A stretch of DNA of 45,952 bases from Welwitschia mirabilis (lineage: Eukaryota), in the NCBI GenBank assembly GCA_051453625.1, contig JBOZIK010000001.1:37768064-37814015 (forward strand), written 5' to 3'. Position 1 is the stretch's first letter, and the number at the start of each line of letters is the position of its first letter. The notes under the pieces are model-generated. The model ran no database searches. It was not told the origin of the DNA and saw only the letters and a program-made list of their open reading frames with translations. Of this stretch, positions 38,761-45,952 are shown piece by piece. A program made the translations under genes and the position numbers.

Positions 38761-39749
38761 TAAAAGAACCATCAACTTCATCTTAACCATCACTGCCTCT
38801 TGCAACTAAGAAGATGATTATTTCTTTCTTACAAAGGTCTCACTCATTTCTAACACTCAAATCTTAGTTACAAGATGGATTCTATTCCTGTAAGATGATT
38901 TTCCAATTAGCTCATTATTTAAAATTCTCAACCAGAAAAAAAGAAGGAGGAGACAACCCTTATTTAAAACTTAAAAAAGCAAAAAAGAAAAATTAAAAAA
39001 TAAAAACACAAAAATAAAGACATGTACATATGTGTATATATAATAAGATATACACAAAAAAAGAACAAAACACATACCAAAAAAAAAAAAACACAAAATA
39101 GAGAAAAAATATAAAACAAAGAAAAAAAATATAGACAAAAAAAAAAAAAGATGCTAATTCATCTATCTAGTTAGAATGAAAAAGACAAAATCCTTAATGG
39201 TCAAAGTACCTCATACAAAATGAGTTTACACATTCAAGCAAAGTCTTGATAGCTGAGAAAAAGCCTTTGTCTATCATGCTACTCATAAACATTCACACAA
39301 TGTAATGTTCTAAAATGTTTTTTTACAAAAAATAAAATAGTAAACTCTCTTCTAAAATAGTTTATATTTTTGTTTTTTAAGTCTTTTAATTAAAAACATT
39401 GACATGTTTTTCAATGTCTGCATTTAGTTCGTCCCTCATTGTTATTGTTGTGATGTCAATATCTTGGTTTGTAGAACATCACAATGAGGAGTCAATTGAA
39501 TGCATCCCTACATGTCACCCTTGATGGTCAACCTATCAAAACGTATGTCGATCTCGATCTTGTAGATTTTAATTGTAGTAATTTCTTAGGTAAACCTTGT
39601 ATCTTCTCAAATCAAGAACAAATGAGTGAAAACTCTAAGGCATATAAAACAATGAAGTCATAGAATGTAAAATCATCTCTAGTAAAACATGTCACAACAT
39701 ATGACTTCCTCTTAGACCTTATTAGTTGAGAAAAATCTCTTAAGATCAA

Positions 39750-42737
39750 TGAATAACTACTACAACAAACCAAATGTAATCTTGAAAATGTGTTATCTTC
39801 TAATAGAAACATATTTGCTTGGCATTACAAAGATATGTTAGAAATTGACAAATCAATAGTTATGCATAACATCATTCTAAATCCAAACTTGATTCTAGTG
39901 GGACAAAAGGTTAGAAAGCTAAACCCTCACCTTGCATTAGTGGTAAAACAAGATCTAGAGCATCTTTTGACTGCTTGTTTTATCTAACTAGTAGACTAAT
40001 CAGATTGACTGTAAAATCTAGTAATTACTCTAAAGAAGAACAACTAGATTAGAATTTGTATTGATTATTGTGATTTAAATAAGATTACCTTAAAGGATAA
40101 CTCTTCTTTACCAAACATCGACATCCTCATGGACAACACTGATGGTTATGACCTCTTATCATTCATGTATGGTTACTCAGGTTATAATTAGATATTTATT
40201 AATCTTATAGGTTAGCACAAAATAAATTTTATAACACCACAAAGTCTTTTCTATTATGTTATGATTTCTTTCAGATTAAAGAATTCTGGTGCAATTTACT
40301 AGTGTGTAATAACACATATCTTTTACAACATAATCCACCACAATGTGGAAGACTATGTTGATGATATTGTAGTTAAGTCAAAGATAATTACTAATCATCC
40401 TAATGATCTAAATTAATTGTTTACACAAGTAATACAATATAATTTATTCCTAAACCCAAAAAAAACTCTTAGAATTTATGGTAATAAAATGAGGCATAGA
40501 AATTGATCCTAGTAAGGTCAAGATAATTACCAATATGCCATCACCATGCAACTTGAAAAAATTATGTAGTCTTCAAGATAGACCACAAGAAATATATCAA
40601 TTCATTTCAACTTTGACTGATTGATGTAAACGATTTATGCATTTACTCAGTAAAGACAACTAATTTAAGTGAAATGAAAATTGTCAAGAGGCTTTTGATA
40701 GAATTAAAGAATATTTGACATCAACCCCTGTTTTAAGTCCACCTAAGCTTAATTAACCATTCTACCTTTACTTGAAATATACATCATCATTAATTAGTGT
40801 AATGATATTTCAGCATGTTGAATTACATTGAGATCATCCAATTTATTACATGAGTAGGACACTACATTAATATGAGAGAAATTACACTGAAGCACAAAAG
40901 GCATGTTTGAGTTTAGTTTTTGCTTCACAAAAGTTTTATCATTATATGATGATAAATAAAATAATTATGATTAATAATTAGACTTGGCTCAAACATCTAC
41001 TTGAATACTCTACTAGTAGCACATGTCCAATAAAGTGGACATTAATTCTCACTGAATTTGACTTAGAATTCCAATCTCAAAAATTAGTCAAGGAAAAACG
41101 CATAGCTGAATAAATGTTAGATCTATTAATAGAAGCTAAAGGTAAAACCTCAAGCAATTCTAAACAATTCCCTAATGAAGAAATTCATATTGTTGAAATG
41201 AAAAAGATACAAGATACATTGATGTTTGTTGATGGTGCATCCAATTAAAATGGTGGTTTTGCAAGAGTAGTCTTCTTTCTTAATAATAAAACTAGCTTGT
41301 CATGCTCTTTTAAAGTAAATTTTCATTACACAAGTAACATTGCTGAATATGAGGCTTTAATAAGAGGAATCATGCTAGCCATTCAAGTAGGTTTCAAGAA
41401 ATCATGCATTTGTGGTGACTCATAATCAATCATCAACTAAGTCTTAGGTAGCTACGAAGCTAGATCAGGAATCCTAGATGCATACCTCAGCAAGTAAGAA
41501 AGCTTCTTACGTTATCTCATAAACTTTGCATAAATGTGTTTTAGAGATTCATCGCTTCAGGAGTATGTCACATGCATGGACTTTAGTCAAAATTTCCTTG
41601 ATGAACATCAAATAACTACTTATCTAGATCTATCATAAGATGAAATAATTAATTAGTAAAAGATCATAAAGAAAATAACAAGTGGTATGACACTTTACTC
41701 AATTATTTCATTAATTAAAAGCTACTCAAAAATCTTTCCTCATTATTAAAACAAAACTTTAGGGATCAAGTAACATGCTTTGCACTAATTAAAGGTCAAT
41801 TATATAAGAATTAAAATGAAGGTATTCTATTAAGATGAATAAAATCAAAAAAAGTTGCTCATGTCTTAAAAGAAACTCATGCTGGATTATATGGCCTCCA
41901 CCAAGGGGTAAGATCACTATTAGATCATGTGTTACAGTTTGGCTATTTCTAGAAAATAATGAACGATGACTATTTTAATATATTCAAAACATATCAAACT
42001 TATCAGATCTTTTCACTGAGAATACATTAATTGCCTATTGCACTTTTTCCTTCTGATCCTATCTGAGTTTTTAGAAAATGAGGTATGGATTTAATTGGTT
42101 CTATTATGCCTAACTCATCAGGATAAGATGCATTCATCCTCACTATAATAAAATACTCTTCTAAGTGGATTGAAGTAGTCCCATTATGGTAAATAACATC
42201 AAAGTAAATTTAAAATTTCATTCTTTATCACATCATTACTAGATTTGGCACACCTTATGTCATTGTTAGTCATAATGGACCACAGTTTAGATCATTAAAA
42301 TTGAAGAATTTCATAAGCAAATTTGGGATAAAACATTCCTTTTGGATACAACATTACCCTCAAGCAAATGGGTAAGTTAAAGATACAAATCAATTAATCA
42401 TAAATTACCCTAAGAATTTTTATGAAGGAATACAAAGTCATGGCATGAGAAATTGTCTTTACCATTATGGGATTATCACATTACAATAAAAACTACTATA
42501 AGGACAACACCATTTCAACTAGTTGATGGTACTAAAGTAGTGTTAGTGACTCAAATTCAGATTTCCACATTAAAAATGCTAGTTAATGATCTAGAGTTAT
42601 CTAATATAAAAAAAAATGTGACTTACACAACTTAAAAATTTATATAAAGAGTAATTAAAAGTCTTGTAACAAACCCAACTCTACTAGAAGAGAATTAGCA
42701 ATGCATATAATAATCATGTGAATCCAAGATCTTATGA
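39750..42737 (+). pseudogene. pol: Gypsy RT-RNase H-aRH-integrase pseudogene
   Basis: FAWHYKDMLEIDKSIVMHNI (39814); LLSFMYGYSGYN; YVDDIVVKS (40354); HPIYYMSRTL; MFVDGASN..SNIAEYEALIRG..ICGDS (aRH, 41222-41420); GMDLIG..SKWIEVVP..SHNGPQF..YPQANG (INT). Confidence 0.93.
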
Positions 42738-42837
42738 NNNNNNNNNNNNNNNNNNNNNNNNNNNNNNNNNNNNNNNNNNNNNNNNNNNNNNNNNNNNNNN
42801 NNNNNNNNNNNNNNNNNNNNNNNNNNNNNNNNNNNNN

Positions 42838-44262
42838 GGCATGTGAACTCCTAGCTATTCTTAGAAATGAAAATCAATTCGTAGATTATCTTGCAAATTT
42901 TACTCAAATGTGTTTTAGAGATTTATTTTTTAAAGATTATGTCACATGCATGAGCATTAGTCAAAATTTCCTTAATGAACATCAAATAACTACTTATCTA
43001 GAGCTATCACGAGATGAGGTAAGTCAATTAATAAAAGATCCTAAAGCAAATGATGAGTGGTATGATACTTTGCTATTTTACTTTACTAATTAAAGGCTAC
43101 TTAAAAATTTCTCTTCATTACAAAAGTGAGACTTCATGAATCAAGCAACGCGTTTTGCCCTAGTTTAAGGATAATTGCATAAGAAGTCAAATGAAGGTAT
43201 CCCATTAAGATGTCTAAAATCAAGCGAAGCTGCTTATGTCCTAAAAGAGACCCATGTGGACTATGTGGGCCTACCAGGGATAAAATCACTATTGGGTCAT
43301 GTGCTATGGTCTAGTTACTTTTGAAAAACAATAAATAATGACTATTTTAAGATAGTCAAAACATGTCACACTTCTCAAATCTTTTCATCAAGAATACATC
43401 AACCGCCTACTAAGCTTTTTCCTTTTGAGTCAATTTGGGGTTTTAGAAAATGGGGTATGGATTCAGTTGGTCTTATTACACCTATTTCATTAGGACAACA
43501 TGCATTCATCCTTATTGCAATAGAATACTTTTCTAGATGGGTTGAAGTGTGGTCTTATTATGACAAACGACATCAAAACAAATTCAAAATTTCATTCTTG
43601 ATCACATTATTTCTAGATTTGGCATACCTTATGTCATTATCAATGATAATAGTCCACAATTTAAATTATCAGAATTAAAATATTTCTTGAGAAAATTTGG
43701 GATAAAACATTCCCTTTTAATAGTAAATTGACAAGCTGAAACTATAAATGAATTGATCATAAATTATCTCAAGAAATTCTTAAAAATAGATATGAAGTTA
43801 TGGCATGATAAATTTCCTTTAGCATTATGGGCTTATTGCACTATAGTTAAAAAATGCTATAGGGACAACACTGTCTCAACTTGTCTATGGTACTAAAGTG
43901 GTCTTGCCCACTCAAATTCAGATTCCCACATTAAAAACACTAGTTAATAATCTAGAGTTATCTGATATGGAAAAGGAAATGTGACTTGTACAACTTAAAA
44001 CTTTTTGCAACAAACCCAACTTTACCAAAAGTGAATAAGTAATGCATACAATAAGCATGTGAATCTAAGATCTTATGATATAGGTAACTTAGTGTTGAAA
44101 GCAAACTTAATTAAGAGAACCTCAAAATTCTCACCAAATTGGTTAGAACCATTTGTTATATCATAAAAATTCGACAAAGGAATATACAAGCTCAAAATTC
44201 TGATTGACATCAAAGACAAAGAACCAATAAACTTATTTTGCCTCTGATCATATTATCAGTAA
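42838..44262 (+). pseudogene. pol: Second, diverged copy of aRH C-terminus plus integrase (same Tat family)
   Basis: LRNENQFVDYLANF; WGMDSVG..AIEYFSRWVEV; KFSPNWLEPFVI (GPY/F-like); stop at 44260-44262. Colinear with ~41515-42737. Confidence 0.9.
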
Positions 44263-44432
44263 ATTTCAAAATTCATATCTTTCTATGGTGTTTTAATATT
44301 TATTTCAGACATTTATTGTTACATTCTTAGTCATGCTAAAATGTGATATGACTCCTAGTTACTTAGAATAGTACTTTCTTATGTGTCATATAGATTTCAC
44401 GTTTTTTCCTCTTTGTCTGCGTTTTACAGATC

Positions 44433-44711
44433 ATGAGTCACCATATACTTCAACTTCTAGCACAGCTAAATGTTGACGATCCTCTTGAATCACCTGCACC
44501 GGGCAGATGTTATCTTATTCCTTACCAAGCTTCCCTGATTGACATTCCATTTCATGAGGCTCCTCCTATCGAAGACAACAAAGATGATAATGTTATATAC
44601 CATGTTGATCCTCGCTATGACACCACCTATTTGTTCTTTTTTATAACTCATGATTTTGCACAAATCATCTTATGCTACCTTATTATGCAACATATCCATC
44701 CTTCCACCTGA
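44433..44711 (+). CDS. Small 3' ORF (92 aa) of the Tat element, unknown function
   Basis: Open frame 170 bp after the pol stop, preceded by a pyrimidine tract and ttacag; homolog at 45453-45650 keeps the frame. Confidence 0.4.
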   Translation: MSHHILQLLAQLNVDDPLESPAPGRCYLIPYQASLIDIPFHEAPPIEDNKDDNVIYHVDPRYDTTYLFFFITHDFAQIILCYLIMQHIHPST

Positions 44712-45452
44712 AGACAGCATGTTTCACCTACTCATCCTTTTTTCTTTAATAATTTGTCATGTAGTTTTCAGTTTCTATTGTGTACCCAGTCCTTTTTAAA
44801 CTTGTCAATAAAATTTTTGTTACTTAATTTATATCATTTAGTTGCATTATATTTGGGTANNNNNNNNNNNNNNNNNNNNNNNNNNNNNNGCTTAGTGTTA
44901 ATGAATAATGGCCGAGATTACGTTAATTATCATTATAATACTTTTGGTATAATAGAAGCAATTGAGTTATCTTTACCTAAATGACTCCTTAGCAGAGTTT
45001 CTTGGTTAGAGTCATTTCTTTGTTTGATCATTGATTTCGTTTGGTTCTATGTTAAACCACATTCGAGTTTCATGAAAGTAGTTTTCCTAATTTGGGATAT
45101 TTACCGTGATAAGATTGGATTTCACCCAATCATAAGACATTTATACATCTATGACATTTAATGCCTTATGTTTTTCTGTCCTAGTATTGATTTGTATCAA
45201 ATCTGACACTTGTTTTCAATTGTGAATCTTACGATTTTACCATCTTAATGATCAATCAATGTTCCAAAAAAAAAAAAGGAAATTCAAGTCAATTGGTAAT
45301 ATATCAATACCATTCACCAAAAAAAAAAAAAAGAAAAGAAAAGAAAAAGANNNNNNNNNNNNNNNNNNNNNNNNNNNNNNNNNNNNNNNNNNNNNNNNNN
45401 NNNNNNNNNNNNNNNNNNNNNNNNNNNNNNNNNNNNNNNNNNNNNNNNNNGA

Positions 45453-45650
45453 GATAAAGCACTAGACTTTTCTATAAATAACATTCCATTCCATGAGGCC
45501 CCACTCATGGAAGATGATGATGATGAGATATATCACATCGATCCATACTATGACCCATCTGATCCTTTATTAACTATGATTCATACCCTTACACGAGTCT
45601 TCTTATTCTACTTACTTGTATATCACCATCATCATTCCACTAGACAGTAG
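45453..45650 (+). CDS. Second copy of the small 3' ORF (5' end lost in gap)
   Basis: Translation DKALDFSINNIPFHEAPLMEDDDDEIYHIDPYYDPSDPLLTMIHTLTRVFLFYLLVYHHHHSTRQ* aligns to IDIPFHEAPPIEDNKDDNVIYHVDPRYDTTY...IILCYLIMQHIHPST*. Confidence 0.4.
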   Translation, partial: DKALDFSINNIPFHEAPLMEDDDDEIYHIDPYYDPSDPLLTMIHTLTRVFLFYLLVYHHHHSTRQ

Positions 45651-45952
45651 TAGGTACATATTCCCTCCTATCATGCATTTCATCACATCCTTCATTCATC
45701 ACTACTACCTTATTTACTCCATTTTTTTTATACCCACTATGTCACTATTTCATCATACCTATGTTACACTCCCAAAGCTCTCATTTTCATCTTGTTTTCA
45801 AGAAAAAAAAAGAAGAAAGAAATAAAAATAAAGAAAGAAAGAAAAAAAGAGAGAAAAAAACATTTTATTTCTACTTCTTTTGTTGTACAGCCTGTTACAT
45901 ACATCTTTATAATGAGTTAACTTCTAAGTGACTCGGTATTTATTTAGTAGAA

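Larger units (their letters stand above)
36151..42737 (+). mobile_element. Ty3/gypsy Tat (Ogre/Retand-like) element F internal region
   Basis: Domain order gag-PR-spacer-RT-RH-aRH-INT; an archaeal-type RNase H between RH and INT is diagnostic of these Tat clades. Confidence 0.9.

Overview
AT-rich, CpG-depleted plant (embryophyte) intergenic DNA from a gapped scaffold. It consists almost entirely of old, nested, stop-riddled LTR retrotransposons. I found no intact host gene, RNA gene or prokaryote-type system, and most listed ORFs are N-run artefacts or TE remnants. In order: (1) a ~0.85-kb unclassified repeat present twice (~1.1-2.7 kb and ~5.8-6.6 kb); (2) minus-strand Sirevirus (Ty1/copia SIRE) element A (~8.3-16.3 kb) with 3' LTR, multiple PPTs, an env-like ORF and INT-RT-RH; (3) plus-strand Sirevirus B inserted into A's gag (16282->22476), which keeps gag, protease and the env-like ORF but has no INT/RT/RH; (4) a second B-family fragment interrupted by the 3' part of a minus-strand Athila/Tat-like gypsy element C (22855-26013); (5) two degenerate copia relics (~27-29.4 kb minus, ~32.3-33.1 kb plus); (6) a Tat/Ogre-type gypsy element with a tRNA-Asn PBS, gag-PR-spacer-RT-RH-aRH-INT, a second INT copy, and a small 3' ORF whose frame is conserved in two diverged copies. 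The most interesting points are the pol-less gag+env Sirevirus, LTR-type palindrome arrays plus TATA in front of both env-like ORFs, two ~725-N gaps at sites where homology predicts almost no missing sequence (one with an 8-bp flanking direct repeat), and the conserved small 3' ORF. Coordinates of degenerate features are approximate, and family assignments come from motif recognition by eye, not database searches.
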